In this document: positions 49,015 through 59,685 of the stretch, one piece after another
How the letters are laid out: every line of letters starts with the position of its first letter
Numbering within the stretch: the stretch's first letter is position 1
Origin: an uncultured Actinomycetes bacterium
Lineage (GTDB): Bacteria > Actinomycetota > Actinomycetes > Nanopelagicales > Nanopelagicaceae
Assembly (NCBI GenBank): GCA_903838475.1
Contig: CAILYP010000218.1
Coordinates: 1 to 62,127, forward strand
DNA length: 62,127 nt
Direction: 5' to 3'
Program-made: the position numbers and the translations under genes
The notes under the pieces: model-generated
Database searches by the model: none
Seen by the model: only the letters and a program-made list of their open reading frames with translations
Told to the model about the DNA's origin: nothing

Positions 49015-50487
49015 ATGGCCACCCTTAAAACATCTGACAAGCAAAATTCTGACATTCTTGTAATTGGACTATCTGCAAAAGACGGAAAGCTCACAATCGA
49101 GTCAGGCTCAGCGACCGTTAACACCAAATCGCTCCTTCTCGTGCTTGCTGATATGGGAGCTACTGGTAAGGCTGATGAAGTGATGATGATTCCATCAACG
49201 TCACCGCGCCTGATCCTTACAACAGGATTAGGTGAAAGTCGCAATGACTACTCAGGTGAGGTACTGAGGCGTGCGGCAGGAAGCGCTACCCGCGCCCTGG
49301 CTGGACATTCAAGTGCCGCGTTTTCGCTGCCTCATAAAAACTCTGCCCAATTTGCAGCAATCGCAGAAGGAATAGCACTAGCGGCTTACAACTTCACTGA
49401 TTTCCGCGGCAGCACGAAAAAAGAACAGAAGCTTCCGCTGGTGGCCGCTGTTGTAATATCTAAAATTGGTAACACCTCAGAATGTAAGAGTGCTCTAAAA
49501 CGCGCTGAAATCATTGCTGCGCAGACTCATATGGTGCGAAATCTTGTCAACACTCCCCCGAGCCATCTCACTCCTATTTCTTTCTCCGAAAGCATGAAAA
49601 AGATTGCAACTTCCTTGAAGTTGAAAAGTGAGATTTATAATCACACAACTCTTAAAGCAAAAGGCTATGGCGGGATAACCGGAGTCGGGCAAGGTTCGGC
49701 AAATCCACCGCGCTTATTTCACGTCTCATACACTCCTGCAAAGCCAAAGGCCCGAATTGCACTTGTCGGCAAGGGAATTACCTTTGATAGCGGCGGTCTT
49801 GCGCTGAAGCCTGCTGCAGGTATGGAAGCGATGAAGTGTGACATGGCTGGCGCTGCGGCAATCGTGGCAACGGTATTTGCAGCGGCGCAATTAAAACTTC
49901 CAGTTGCTGTCGAAGGATGGGCAGCCCTTGCCGAAAATATGGTGAGTGATACTGCGCAGCGTCCGAGCGATGTCATCACTATTTATGGTGGCAAGACAAT
50001 TGAAGTTCTCAATCCCGATGCTGAAGGTCGCCTTGTTTTAGCTGACGCGCTCGTCAAAGCCCAAGAAGTCGGGAAGAAAGCTGGCGGACTTGATGCTTTG
50101 ATCGATGTAGCTACTCTCACGGGCGCACAAGGTGTTGCTCTTGGAATTCGCACTAGCGCTGTCATGACAAACAATGAAGCTCTCTCGCAACGATTTATGG
50201 ATGCTACACAAATTAGCGGAGAGCAGTTCTGGCCAATGCCTCTTCCCGAAGAGTTGCGCGCATCCCTTGATTCTCCGGTCGCTGATATGGCAAACATTGG
50301 CGATAGGAACGGTGGAATGTTGGTTGCAGGACTTTTCCTAAAGGAATTTGTTGAGCCAGCAGTTCCGTGGATTCATCTTGATATTGCCTCCCCTGCTTTC
50401 AACGAACGCCAACCACATGGCTACACACCTGTAGGGGGTACTGGAATAGCGGTGCGCTCGCTAGTGGCGTTGCTGGAGTCTTTCTAG
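49015..50487 (+). CDS. pepA: leucyl aminopeptidase (M17)
   Basis: M17 signature NPDAEGRLVLADAL and VGKGITFDSGG. Divergent from gcvT, as in Mycobacterium. Confidence 0.92.
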   Translation: MATLKTSDKQNSDILVIGLSAKDGKLTIESGSATVNTKSLLLVLADMGATGKADEVMMIPSTSPRLILTTGLGESRNDYSGEVLRRAAGSATRALAGHSSAAFSLPHKNSAQFAAIAEGIALAAYNFTDFRGSTKKEQKLPLVAAVVISKIGNTSECKSALKRAEIIAAQTHMVRNLVNTPPSHLTPISFSESMKKIATSLKLKSEIYNHTTLKAKGYGGITGVGQGSANPPRLFHVSYTPAKPKARIALVGKGITFDSGGLALKPAAGMEAMKCDMAGAAAIVATVFAAAQLKLPVAVEGWAALAENMVSDTAQRPSDVITIYGGKTIEVLNPDAEGRLVLADALVKAQEVGKKAGGLDALIDVATLTGAQGVALGIRTSAVMTNNEALSQRFMDATQISGEQFWPMPLPEELRASLDSPVADMANIGDRNGGMLVAGLFLKEFVEPAVPWIHLDIASPAFNERQPHGYTPVGGTGIAVRSLVALLESF

Positions 50488-50615
50488 CCTCGAATTTGCT
50501 CTTCATAACCCGTTGTAACTGCCCCCACACTCGATGCGGGTAGCCAGAGCGAAAAATCGTGGCAGGATTGGGCTCTTAGATGGTGCCTTTATGGGCTGGA
50601 CTGAAGGGTGAGGTA

Positions 50616-51983
50616 GTGACTGAGTTTGACGTTCTAATTCTTGGCGGCGGTTCTGGTGGTTATGCATGCGCCCTTCGCGCATCACAACTTGGCTTAAACG
50701 TAGCGCTGATCGAGCAAGACAAACTTGGTGGAACATGCTTACACCGTGGCTGTATTCCAACAAAGGCACTTTTACATGCAGGAGAAATCGCCGACAGTAC
50801 TCGTCACGCCGCTGATTTTGGAGTGAAGGCGCAGCTTGAAGGTATTGATATGACAGCCGTCAATGCGTACAAAGATGGCGTGGTTTCTAAATTACACAAA
50901 GGCTTGCAAGGGCTTGTGAAGTCTCGAAGCGTTACTTACATCGAAGGACATGGACGACTCGTCGGAGCAAACGCTATAGAAGTTAACGGAGTTCAATACA
51001 CCGGAAAAAATATAGTGCTTGCAACAGGGTCATATCCTCGCACGCTACCTGGACTTGAAATTGATGGACAACGCATCATGACAAGTGACCAAGCTCTAAA
51101 TATGGATTATGTCCCTAAGAGCGTAATTGTGCTTGGAGGCGGAGTCATCGGATGTGAATTTGCATCGGTATGGACTTCCTTCGGATCTGAAGTAACAATT
51201 ATTGAAGGTCTTCCACGTTTGATTGCGTTAGAAGATGAATCTTCGAGCAAGCAATTAGAACGCGCCTTTCGCAAGCGCGGCATTAAATTTGAAGTTGGAA
51301 CGCGTTTCCAGTCTGCCACCACAGATGAGAACGGCGTAACTGTCACTCTTGAAAATGGCGCACAGTACAGCGCAGATGTACTCCTTGTTGCAGTGGGTCG
51401 CGGACCTGTAACTGACAACATCGGCTACCAGGAACTCGGTCTGACAATGGATCGTGGGTATCTCATCGTAGATAATAAGTGCCGCACAAATATTCCTGGA
51501 ATTTTTGCAGTTGGCGACATTATTCCAACACTTCAGCTAGCGCACGTTGGTTTTGCCGAAGGTATCTTGGTTGCAGAAGAAATTGGTGGCTTAAACCCTC
51601 GGCCAATTAATTATGATGGCGTCCCGCGCGTTACATATTCAGATCCAGAAGTTGCTTCAGTTGGCCTCACTACGGCAATTGCAAAAGAACGTGGCCATGA
51701 AATTATTGAATTAAATTATGACTTAGCCGGAAACGGTAAAGCGAATATTCTCAAAACTGCCGGATCTGTAAAACTTATCGCAGAAAAAAATGGGCCAGTT
51801 CTTGGAATTCACATGGTCGGAGCGCGCGTCGGAGAACTACTCGCCGAAGCTCAACTTATTTTTAACTGGGAAGCAGAAGCTTCTGATGTTGCTCAATTGA
51901 TTCACGCCCACCCAACACTTTCAGAAGCTGTTGGCGAAGCGCATCTTGCACTTGCCGGTAAACCTCTTCATGCACACGGATAA
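50616..51983 (+). CDS. lpd: dihydrolipoyl dehydrogenase (E3)
   Basis: FDVLILGGGSGGY FAD motif and redox disulfide GGTCLHRGCIPTK. Start trimmed to GTG 50616, behind GAAGGGTGAGG. Confidence 0.92.
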   Translation: MTEFDVLILGGGSGGYACALRASQLGLNVALIEQDKLGGTCLHRGCIPTKALLHAGEIADSTRHAADFGVKAQLEGIDMTAVNAYKDGVVSKLHKGLQGLVKSRSVTYIEGHGRLVGANAIEVNGVQYTGKNIVLATGSYPRTLPGLEIDGQRIMTSDQALNMDYVPKSVIVLGGGVIGCEFASVWTSFGSEVTIIEGLPRLIALEDESSSKQLERAFRKRGIKFEVGTRFQSATTDENGVTVTLENGAQYSADVLLVAVGRGPVTDNIGYQELGLTMDRGYLIVDNKCRTNIPGIFAVGDIIPTLQLAHVGFAEGILVAEEIGGLNPRPINYDGVPRVTYSDPEVASVGLTTAIAKERGHEIIELNYDLAGNGKANILKTAGSVKLIAEKNGPVLGIHMVGARVGELLAEAQLIFNWEAEASDVAQLIHAHPTLSEAVGEAHLALAGKPLHAHG

Positions 51984-51995
51984 TTAGGAGAAGCA

Positions 51996-53630
51996 ATGAC
52001 ATTCTCAGTAACGATGCCTGCACTTGGCGAAAGCGTCACCGAAGGTACTGTCACTCGCTGGCTTAAGTCCGAAGGCGACAGTGTCGCTGTCGATGAGCCA
52101 CTGCTGGAAGTATCAACTGACAAGGTTGATACAGAAATTCCTTCTCCGGTCGCCGGAATCGTTCGCAAGATAATTGTCGGCATAGATTCCACAGTCGCCG
52201 TTGGCGCAGAACTCGCGATTATTGACGACGGTGCTTCGGCTCCCGTTGCTGCTCCCGTTGCTGCTCCCGTTGCTGCTCCCGTTGCTGCTCCCGTTGCTGC
52301 TCCCGTTGCCGCTCCCGTTGCCGCTCCCGTTGCCGCTCCCGTTGCTGCTCCTGCACCCACATCAGGTACAAGCGTTGTTGTAACAATGCCTGCACTCGGA
52401 GAATCTGTAACTGAAGGAACTGTTACTAGATGGTTGAAGAACGTTGGAGACCAAGTCACTGTGGATGAACCACTACTTGAAGTGTCTACTGACAAAGTTG
52501 ATACAGAGATTCCATCTCCAGCTACCGGAACAATTCTTTCAATCGATGTTGCCATAGATTCAACTGTTCCAGTTGGTGCACGACTAGCCATGATTGGTGC
52601 CGCTGGATCTGCTCCTGCAGCTCCCGTTGCTACCCCACCAGTTGTTGCAGCGCCAGTTGTTGCAGCGCCAGTAGCCCCGGTAAGCGCGACAACCGATGCT
52701 TATGTAACTCCAATTGTTCGCAAACTTGCATCCGAAAACGGCGTTGATTTAGCGCGCATTCAAGGTTCAGGCGTAGGAGGCAGAATTCGAAAAGAAGATG
52801 TTCTAGCTGCCGCGGTTCGGCCGGCCTCAACATCTTCTGCTCCAGCAGCGGTTTCTTCTTCAGCGCCATCTTCAACCTCATCATCAAAGCCAGCGCCTGT
52901 AGCAGTATCCCCTCTTCGCGGAACAACTGTTCAGATGACTCGTCTGCGTAAAGTAATTGCAGAACGTATGCTCGAATCACTTCACGTGAGTGCGCAATTA
53001 ACAACCGTTGTAGAAGTAGACGTTACTCGTATCGCTCGCCTTCGCGATAAAGCGAAACAATCTTTTGAAGAGCGCGAGGGAGTAAAACTCTCTTTCCTTC
53101 CGTTCTTCTCTGTTGCAGTTTGTGAAGCTCTTAAGCAACACCCAGTCGTTAACGCCTCAGTCGAAGGTGATCAGATCACCTATCACGGCGCAGAACACCT
53201 TGGGGTTGCAGTGGATACCGAAAAGGGACTTCTCGTTCCAGTTATTCGCGATGCTGGAGATTTGAATATGGGCGGGATTGCGCGCCGTATTGCGGATGTC
53301 GCAGAACGCACTCGTACGAATAAGATCACACCAGATGAACTTGGCGGTGGAACTTTCACAATTACAAATACAGGTAGCCGAGGTGCGCTTTTTGATACTC
53401 CAATAATCAATCAGCCTCAAGTTGCCATCCTTGGACTTGGTGCAGTTGTTAAGCGGCCAATAGTTGTGAAGGCAGAAGATGGTGGGGAAACTATTGCAAT
53501 CCGATCCATGGTTTACCTTGCCCTTTCTTATGACCACCGAATTGTGGATGGCGCAGATGCGGCACGTTTCCTTTCAACACTCAAAGAAAGACTCGAAGCA
53601 GGTCAGTTCGAATCTGACTTAGGTTTGTAG
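51996..53630 (+). CDS. sucB: 2-oxoacid dehydrogenase E2 dihydrolipoyllysine acyltransferase, two lipoyl domains
   Basis: Two lipoyl domains ([14 protein letters not shown] twice), a peripheral subunit-binding domain ([23 protein letters not shown]) and a catalytic core ([15 protein letters not shown]). Confidence 0.93.
   Translation: MTFSVTMPALGESVTEGTVTRWLKSEGDSVAVDEPLLEVSTDKVDTEIPSPVAGIVRKIIVGIDSTVAVGAELAIIDDGASAPVAAPVAAPVAAPVAAPVAAPVAAPVAAPVAAPVAAPAPTSGTSVVVTMPALGESVTEGTVTRWLKNVGDQVTVDEPLLEVSTDKVDTEIPSPATGTILSIDVAIDSTVPVGARLAMIGAAGSAPAAPVATPPVVAAPVVAAPVAPVSATTDAYVTPIVRKLASENGVDLARIQGSGVGGRIRKEDVLAAAVRPASTSSAPAAVSSSAPSSTSSSKPAPVAVSPLRGTTVQMTRLRKVIAERMLESLHVSAQLTTVVEVDVTRIARLRDKAKQSFEEREGVKLSFLPFFSVAVCEALKQHPVVNASVEGDQITYHGAEHLGVAVDTEKGLLVPVIRDAGDLNMGGIARRIADVAERTRTNKITPDELGGGTFTITNTGSRGALFDTPIINQPQVAILGLGAVVKRPIVVKAEDGGETIAIRSMVYLALSYDHRIVDGADAARFLSTLKERLEAGQFESDLGL
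52239..52346 (+). repeat. in-frame 12-nt tandem repeat, 9 copies, encoding (APVA)9 in the E2 inter-lipoyl linker
   Basis: GCTCCCGTTGCT x5, then GCTCCCGTTGCC x3, then GCTCCCGTTGCT x1, read directly. Confidence 0.97.
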
Positions 53631-53633
53631 TCG

Positions 53634-54521
53634 ATGCTTCCACCACAACGAATTGCCATAACTGGCGCGTCTGGATTAATTGGAAGTGCGCTAGTTGGCC
53701 ATCTTAAAAGTGAAGGTCACACTGTTCAGAGACTGGTTCGTCGCAAGGCAGTAGCACCGGATGAAATTTCTTGGGACCCGAAAGCTGGTTCAGTAGATTT
53801 AAACGCTTTAGAAGGCGTCAACTCTGTCATTCACTTAGCAGGAGCAGGCGTTGGAGACCATCGTTGGACTTCGAAATATCGTTCAGAGATTCTCAATTCA
53901 CGTTTATTGGGTACGACCACAATCGCGCAGGCGGTTGCGCAAGTAAAGCCTCAGTCATTTATTTCAGCTAGTGCAATTGGTTTTTATGGAGAGACTGGAA
54001 ACCGGGCAGTTAATGAAAATGATCGTTCAGGTGAAGACTTTCTCGCTGCAGTGTGCCGAGAATGGGAAAGTGCTGCAGATCTTGCACCAGGTATTCGTAC
54101 CGTAAAACTTAGAACTGGATTAGTCCTAGATCCAACTGGTGGGGCGCTAGGAAAAATGCTCCCGTTGTTTCGTTTTGGTCTTGGCGGCAAGCTCGGCTCA
54201 GGTAAGCAATGGTGGTCGTGGATTACTTTGCACGATCACATCCGAGCGGTTTGTCACTTGCTTGAATCACGGGTTGAGGGTCCAGTTAACGTTACTTCAC
54301 CAAACCCAGTAACAAATCAAGAATTTACTTCGGCTCTCGCCCGGGCATTGCACCGCCCAGCATTACTTCCAGTACCCGCAATCGCACTTAAAATTGTGCT
54401 CGGTGGATTTTCTAGTGAAGTACTGGGATCTAAAAGAGTCGTTCCAGAGGTGCTATTAGAAGATGGTTTTACCTTCGACTATCCGCATGTGGTTAACGCT
54501 TTAGCGCAACTCGCCGAATAA
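53634..54521 (+). CDS. TIGR01777-type NAD-dependent epimerase/dehydratase family protein (SDR39U1-like)
   Basis: IAITGASGLIGSAL Rossmann motif and a DUF1731-like C-terminus. Same position as Mycobacterium Rv2216, after the E2 gene. Confidence 0.82.
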   Translation: MLPPQRIAITGASGLIGSALVGHLKSEGHTVQRLVRRKAVAPDEISWDPKAGSVDLNALEGVNSVIHLAGAGVGDHRWTSKYRSEILNSRLLGTTTIAQAVAQVKPQSFISASAIGFYGETGNRAVNENDRSGEDFLAAVCREWESAADLAPGIRTVKLRTGLVLDPTGGALGKMLPLFRFGLGGKLGSGKQWWSWITLHDHIRAVCHLLESRVEGPVNVTSPNPVTNQEFTSALARALHRPALLPVPAIALKIVLGGFSSEVLGSKRVVPEVLLEDGFTFDYPHVVNALAQLAE

Positions 54522-55644
54522 TCTCTTCAGCCACTAACCGACCAGACTCCATCGCGCCTTGCTGCGATGGGTATGTGCAGTGGTCTCCCGCTAAATAAAG
54601 GCTATTTGTTATTCGCTGCTTAGAGTAGAGCGGTTGTCCAACTCCGTGCATCGGTAGCGACTGTTTGATTTCATATTTGGCTAAAAGTTGCCAATCATGA
54701 GTTGAAATTTCCCATATCTTAGAGAGTTCGCGTCGTACATCACTTTCAGAAATAGGACCAAGAGTTGTGCTTGCAATGAGAGTTTGCCCAATTGGCGCAT
54801 AAGTCGGAGCGAGCTTTGACATAACAACAGAATTGATAACACCACCAGTTCTCTGTGCGGCAAGCAGATCTGAATTCCTTAATTCACCTTGAGTTACGTG
54901 GTACCAGGTTGTTGATGGCAGAACTTCGGGAATGGTTCGACCCTGAATAAGCTGATGAGCAGTTGTTGGATCGGTCGCAACAACAACAAAATCTGCAACT
55001 AACGATTCATTATCAGTAATAACTCTTCCTTCTGAGATTTCTTGCACAACGCTCTGGTAGCGAATATTGCTTACCTTCGACGCAAGTAGTGAAGAAAATA
55101 CACCAACACCTTTAGACGGTACTCCTGGCCTACCACTTATGAATGAACGCAATATTTTCTGCGCCGCGTCAGCTGAAATATTGGATGGCTCGGTGAGAAA
55201 GACTCCGCGCAGAAAAGGCTGCAAAAGTTGCGTATAAAGGTTTTGAAAATTGACCGCCTTCTGTCCGAGGGATTCCGAGTTCACCGCATGAGTACTTAGA
55301 AATTGTAAAAATGCGAATTTCTCTCGTAAAGACCCTGGACTTGTAACTGCACTAGCAATTGAGTACCTGGCGCTTGTTTCACCATCAATAACTCTAAATC
55401 CGGCTGGCAAGTGGATAAATTCAGATGAATCAATAATGTCAGCTGCAATTACTTCTGGATACTTAGGATTTATAACTTGGAAACCATGATCTAAAACAAA
55501 TCCATCAATGTAGTCACTCTTCATTCGTCCGCCAGGTCGCTCTGAACTTTCTACTACGAGGACGTCAAAATCAGCTTTTTCTAGATATCGAGCAGCAGTT
55601 AAGCCAGCCAGGCCGGCACCGACGATAACCACATCATGTCTCAT
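54493..55644 (-). CDS. NAD(P)/FAD-dependent oxidoreductase (amine oxidase / desaturase-like fold)
   Basis: VVIVGAGLAGLTAARYL...VVESSERPGGRM dinucleotide motif and C-terminal LYLAGDH. 29-nt convergent overlap with the preceding gene. Confidence 0.8.
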   Translation of the reverse strand: MRHDVVIVGAGLAGLTAARYLEKADFDVLVVESSERPGGRMKSDYIDGFVLDHGFQVINPKYPEVIAADIIDSSEFIHLPAGFRVIDGETSARYSIASAVTSPGSLREKFAFLQFLSTHAVNSESLGQKAVNFQNLYTQLLQPFLRGVFLTEPSNISADAAQKILRSFISGRPGVPSKGVGVFSSLLASKVSNIRYQSVVQEISEGRVITDNESLVADFVVVATDPTTAHQLIQGRTIPEVLPSTTWYHVTQGELRNSDLLAAQRTGGVINSVVMSKLAPTYAPIGQTLIASTTLGPISESDVRRELSKIWEISTHDWQLLAKYEIKQSLPMHGVGQPLYSKQRITNSLYLAGDHCTYPSQQGAMESGRLVAEEIIRRVALKR

Positions 55645-56663
55645 CGAATCGAGCTCGCCCTAGCCTGATCAAGAATGAGTGCGACGTCCAGCGCGTCTTG
55701 AATCGAAACAGGCATAACTCCCTTTCCGCGAATTGCATCAGCAACTGCGATATAAAAATGGGTGTAGTCACCTGCAACTGCATCGAAGGGAACACTCTCG
55801 TTTCCTCGGACAAGTTGAGCCGGCGATGTTGTATCTATTTTCCATCCACCTTTACCAGGATTTACTCCAGCGCGAAGTAGCGGTTCCTGCTTATCTAAGT
55901 CATTGATAACAAGTGATCCCTTATCCCCCATTAATCGAATGCGTGGGCCAGGAGCACCGACAATCGCAGAGGCAGATAAGTATGAGTCGACACCTGAATC
56001 ATGACGAAGGACTAATACAACATCATCATCAGCAAGACCGCGGATTGAACGTACGGAGGAATAGACTAATTTTGCCGGCCCAAACCAATCCAAAACTAAT
56101 GAAATCAAGTGAGGTTGCAGGTCAAGCAGATTTCCCCCACCATCTGCAGCCGAAGAATTCTCGCGCCAAGAATCTGGATTACCTTCTGCGCGAAATCTTT
56201 CAAAACGAGAATCAATGCGAAAGATGTTGCCTAGAATTCCGCTTTTGATGGCTTTTTTGATAGTAAGTGCATCGCTATCCCATCGACGGTTGAAATAAGT
56301 TGTCAGTAGCGAGCCCGTTTCGCCTGCGACGTCTGCGATTAACTTAGCTTCGGTAAAAGTGCGTCCCATAGGTTTATCTACTACAACGGCTGCGCCCGCA
56401 CGTAATCCTGCAATCGCATCAGCTGCGTGGGAGACGTTCGCCGATGCCACTACGAGTAAATCAATTTCTTGATCAAGCATGGAAGCCACCGAATCGAAAG
56501 CGCGTGCCTCAGGAAAATCCGCTTTCAAGTTCGCCACTCGCTCTAAATTTTTCGTAGTAGCGCCTACAACGTCAAATCCGGCGGCGCGCAGGAATGGTGC
56601 ATGAAAATAGCGTCCCGCTAGGCCATAACCAGCTATCCCGGCGCGCAGTGGCCTATCGCTCAT
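55641..56663 (-). CDS. Gfo/Idh/MocA family oxidoreductase
   Basis: N-terminal Rossmann motif (RAGIAGYGLAGRYFHAP) and VVVDKP. ATGA overlap with the downstream FAD oxidoreductase. Confidence 0.85.
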   Translation of the reverse strand: MSDRPLRAGIAGYGLAGRYFHAPFLRAAGFDVVGATTKNLERVANLKADFPEARAFDSVASMLDQEIDLLVVASANVSHAADAIAGLRAGAAVVVDKPMGRTFTEAKLIADVAGETGSLLTTYFNRRWDSDALTIKKAIKSGILGNIFRIDSRFERFRAEGNPDSWRENSSAADGGGNLLDLQPHLISLVLDWFGPAKLVYSSVRSIRGLADDDVVLVLRHDSGVDSYLSASAIVGAPGPRIRLMGDKGSLVINDLDKQEPLLRAGVNPGKGGWKIDTTSPAQLVRGNESVPFDAVAGDYTHFYIAVADAIRGKGVMPVSIQDALDVALILDQARASSIR

Positions 56664-56668
56664 TAACG

Positions 56669-58867
56669 CTAATTCGCTTCTATGTTTTCATTTGCGAGTT
56701 TGGATGGCCACCAGATTTTTGGTCCGATAACATGAACAAGAGCAGGCACCAATATTGAACGAACTACCAAAGTATCAAGCAGAACTCCAAACGCCACAGC
56801 GAATGCGATTTCAGCTAGGGCAACAAGAGGTAGGACTCCTAAAACAGTGAAAGTAGCCGCAAGCACAATTCCAGCTGATGTAATCACACCACCTGTCACC
56901 GTGACGCCTTTCGTTACGCCAGCACGAGTACCAAGCTTTATTGACTCTTCTCTCACCCGCGTCATCAGGAAGATGTTGTAATCAATTCCGAGGGCTACTA
57001 GGAAGATGAAGGTGAAGAGAGGAAAACCAGTATCGGCTCCTGCAAATTTGAAAATATGGTTGAAAACAACTGCCGATACACCGAGTGTGGCAACAAAGGA
57101 AACAATAACTGTCACCAGCAGAACTGCGGCTGCAAATATACTTCGCAAAAGGAGTCCCAAAATAATTGCGATCAATACAAGCACAATTGGGATCACCAGA
57201 TTGCGATCATGCGCCGACGCAATATCGACGTCATAAAATGTTGCACTCAGCCCACCTACAAGAGATGCGGGATCAAGGGCATGCATGCCTGCTCTGATGA
57301 CAGGTACAAGTTCGCGACCCTGCGCGGAATCAGCTGCCACCGTCAACGTCGCATCCAGAACTACATTCCCATTGACTACCTTCACGGCAGGTAACGGCTG
57401 TCCAGGTATCGCTTGTCCCTCTAATTCTGGTGCTACTGATGACACTCCTGCAATTGTCTGCAGCGCTGTTGTGGCCTGAGCAACATTCTCTTTCTTAATG
57501 AGAATTTGAGTTGGCTGATTCTGTCCACCAGGGAAGTGCTTCAAAAGCGCCTCTTGCCCTATCAAGGAATCTGGATGAGTTGTAAAGCCTTGCGTCGTAG
57601 AGATTCCATTAGCCTTAAGTGTCGTAATTAGGCTTGCAAAAATAAGCAAAATTACCGTTGTGATAATTGCAAACTTCTTTGGACTATTGGCAGTTGCATT
57701 TGCAACTTTTGACCAGATACCAGTGAGCTTTTCGTCGTGATCATCATGGCGAGGAATTCTTGGCCAGAATATCCAGCGACCAAATACAACCAGCAGTGCA
57801 GGAAGAAGGGTAAGGACGGTGATCATCGAACTGATGATTCCAATAGCACCAACCGGACCAAGACCACGTGAATTACTTAGTTGGCACAGTAGTAAAACAA
57901 GAAGTCCCAACGTCACCGTACTTCCAGAAGCAATAATCGGCTCAACAACCCCTCGCCATGCTTTCTTCATAGCGTCAAAGCGTGAATCATAATGATGTAG
58001 CTCTTCGCGGTAGCGGGCAATTAAAAGAAGGGCGTAATCAGTTGCAGCCCCAATAACCAAAACGGACAATATTCCCTGTGACTGGCCATCTAAGGTAATT
58101 ATGTTGTGCTTAGCTAAAATGTAGATGACACCACCAGCAAGTGATTCGGCAATGAGTGCGGTGAAAAGTGGGAGAATCCAAAGAATGGGAGAGCGGTAAA
58201 CAATAATCAAAATTACTGCAACAACTAGTACCGTTGTAATGAGAAGGCTTGAATCAATACCACTGAAAGCACCAAAGAGATCAGCAAAAATTGCAGCGAA
58301 ACCTGTAACGTGCGAAGTAAAACCATTTGCCTTCGCATAATTGCCAGCATAGAAACGTATCGAATCGACTACTGCAGGAAGCGCAGGCTTTTTATTAGCC
58401 AGCTGCGATCCAGCATTGGTATTGTCAAAGGGCACATTTGCTAGAAGGGCTTTTCCGTCTTGGGAAGGGAATGCAAATATCTTCTCCCCTGGTGTTAAAA
58501 AGTCTCCAATAGTTTTATTTACGCCAACAATTGCTTTTCCATCCTTTGCCACAAGCGGCTGGGATGCAATCGTGCCCAGAAAAACGTTTACTGAAGCTAT
58601 CTTCTCTGGGGTGACGCTACCTTCAAAAAGAACGAGAGCAGGTAGGGATTTATTTGCATTGACAGTAAAAGACTTATAGGCATTTGCAAACTTTTGTGCC
58701 TCGGCGTGCGCAGGAAGAAAATCGGCATTGTCATTCTTCTGGACCGAAGAAAGATTTCCAAAAAGTGGCCCCACGGCCCCTGAAATCCCAAACCAAACGA
58801 TGATGGTGATGATTGCAAACCACAGAGGTTTGCGCGCCTTAATTTTGCTGGATGTTGTGAGCGACAC
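56669..58867 (-). CDS. MMPL-family (RND superfamily) transporter
   Basis: 732 aa with two 6-TM bundles and two extracytoplasmic domains. MMPL motifs (GAATDYALLLIARYREE, ALGIDYNIFLMTRVREE). Confidence 0.88.
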   Translation of the reverse strand: MSLTTSSKIKARKPLWFAIITIIVWFGISGAVGPLFGNLSSVQKNDNADFLPAHAEAQKFANAYKSFTVNANKSLPALVLFEGSVTPEKIASVNVFLGTIASQPLVAKDGKAIVGVNKTIGDFLTPGEKIFAFPSQDGKALLANVPFDNTNAGSQLANKKPALPAVVDSIRFYAGNYAKANGFTSHVTGFAAIFADLFGAFSGIDSSLLITTVLVVAVILIIVYRSPILWILPLFTALIAESLAGGVIYILAKHNIITLDGQSQGILSVLVIGAATDYALLLIARYREELHHYDSRFDAMKKAWRGVVEPIIASGSTVTLGLLVLLLCQLSNSRGLGPVGAIGIISSMITVLTLLPALLVVFGRWIFWPRIPRHDDHDEKLTGIWSKVANATANSPKKFAIITTVILLIFASLITTLKANGISTTQGFTTHPDSLIGQEALLKHFPGGQNQPTQILIKKENVAQATTALQTIAGVSSVAPELEGQAIPGQPLPAVKVVNGNVVLDATLTVAADSAQGRELVPVIRAGMHALDPASLVGGLSATFYDVDIASAHDRNLVIPIVLVLIAIILGLLLRSIFAAAVLLVTVIVSFVATLGVSAVVFNHIFKFAGADTGFPLFTFIFLVALGIDYNIFLMTRVREESIKLGTRAGVTKGVTVTGGVITSAGIVLAATFTVLGVLPLVALAEIAFAVAFGVLLDTLVVRSILVPALVHVIGPKIWWPSKLANENIEAN

Positions 58868-59022
58868 AGGATTTCCTATTCTTCCTAAAAGCTAGGCGAA
58901 CTCGACGCCCATCTATGGGTCAAGTTTAACCTCCAGTTGGGCCCCTAGAAGCCGAGTATCCACTGGGTATCAAGGTTCACCCTCGATTTAACTACTGTTC
59001 ACTTCCCTATTAGGCTGATGCC

Positions 59023-59685
59023 GTGGGTTCAACTATTTCTGGGGCAGCAATAGCCCTCAAGCGCCAAGGTTTGGTCGATTATCAGAGCGCCCTTGATAGC
59101 CAAAGGCGAATTCATCAAGAGGTTGTCGAACAAACCCGTCCAAATACTTTGATATTACTTGAGCACCCATCGGTGTACACCGCTGGAAGACGCACCGAAG
59201 CTCACGAGCGACCAACAGATGGAACGCCGGTTATTGATGTTGACCGAGGCGGAAAAATTACTTGGCATGGAGAGGGACAGCTTGTCGGTTACCCCATCAT
59301 CCGCCTCAAGAATAGAAATGAAGTGGTCGGCTTTGTGCGCGAGATCGAAGCTGCACTCATCAAAGTTTGCGCAGATTTTGGAATACAAGGTGAACAGTAT
59401 TGCGACCGCTCAGGTGTGTGGGTGCGAGATGGCGGCGGTGATCGAAAGATTGCCGCGATCGGCATTCGAGTTGCCAAAGGCGTGACCATGCACGGGTTTG
59501 CGCTCAATGTTAATCCGGACATGATGGGATTCAATCAGATTGTCCCCTGCGGGATCGCAGATGCAGGCGTTACGTCCATGCAGTTAGAGTTGAGCCGTTC
59601 CATTTCTATCGATGAAGTTGTACCTTCTGTCGAGAAGCACATGTTTGAATCAATTTCACGAGTTGCGGAGTTCATTACCTTATGA
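59023..59685 (+). CDS. lipB: lipoyl(octanoyl) transferase LipB
   Basis: [30 protein letters not shown] and KIAAIGIRV motifs. GTG start. Confidence 0.92.
   Translation: MGSTISGAAIALKRQGLVDYQSALDSQRRIHQEVVEQTRPNTLILLEHPSVYTAGRRTEAHERPTDGTPVIDVDRGGKITWHGEGQLVGYPIIRLKNRNEVVGFVREIEAALIKVCADFGIQGEQYCDRSGVWVRDGGGDRKIAAIGIRVAKGVTMHGFALNVNPDMMGFNQIVPCGIADAGVTSMQLELSRSISIDEVVPSVEKHMFESISRVAEFITL

Noticed and set aside
51968-52591. 207-aa minus-strand ORF with (GAAT)n repeats
   Set aside because: It is the antisense shadow of the sucB lipoyl/linker region. Its repeat is simply the reverse complement of the (APVA)9 coding repeat.
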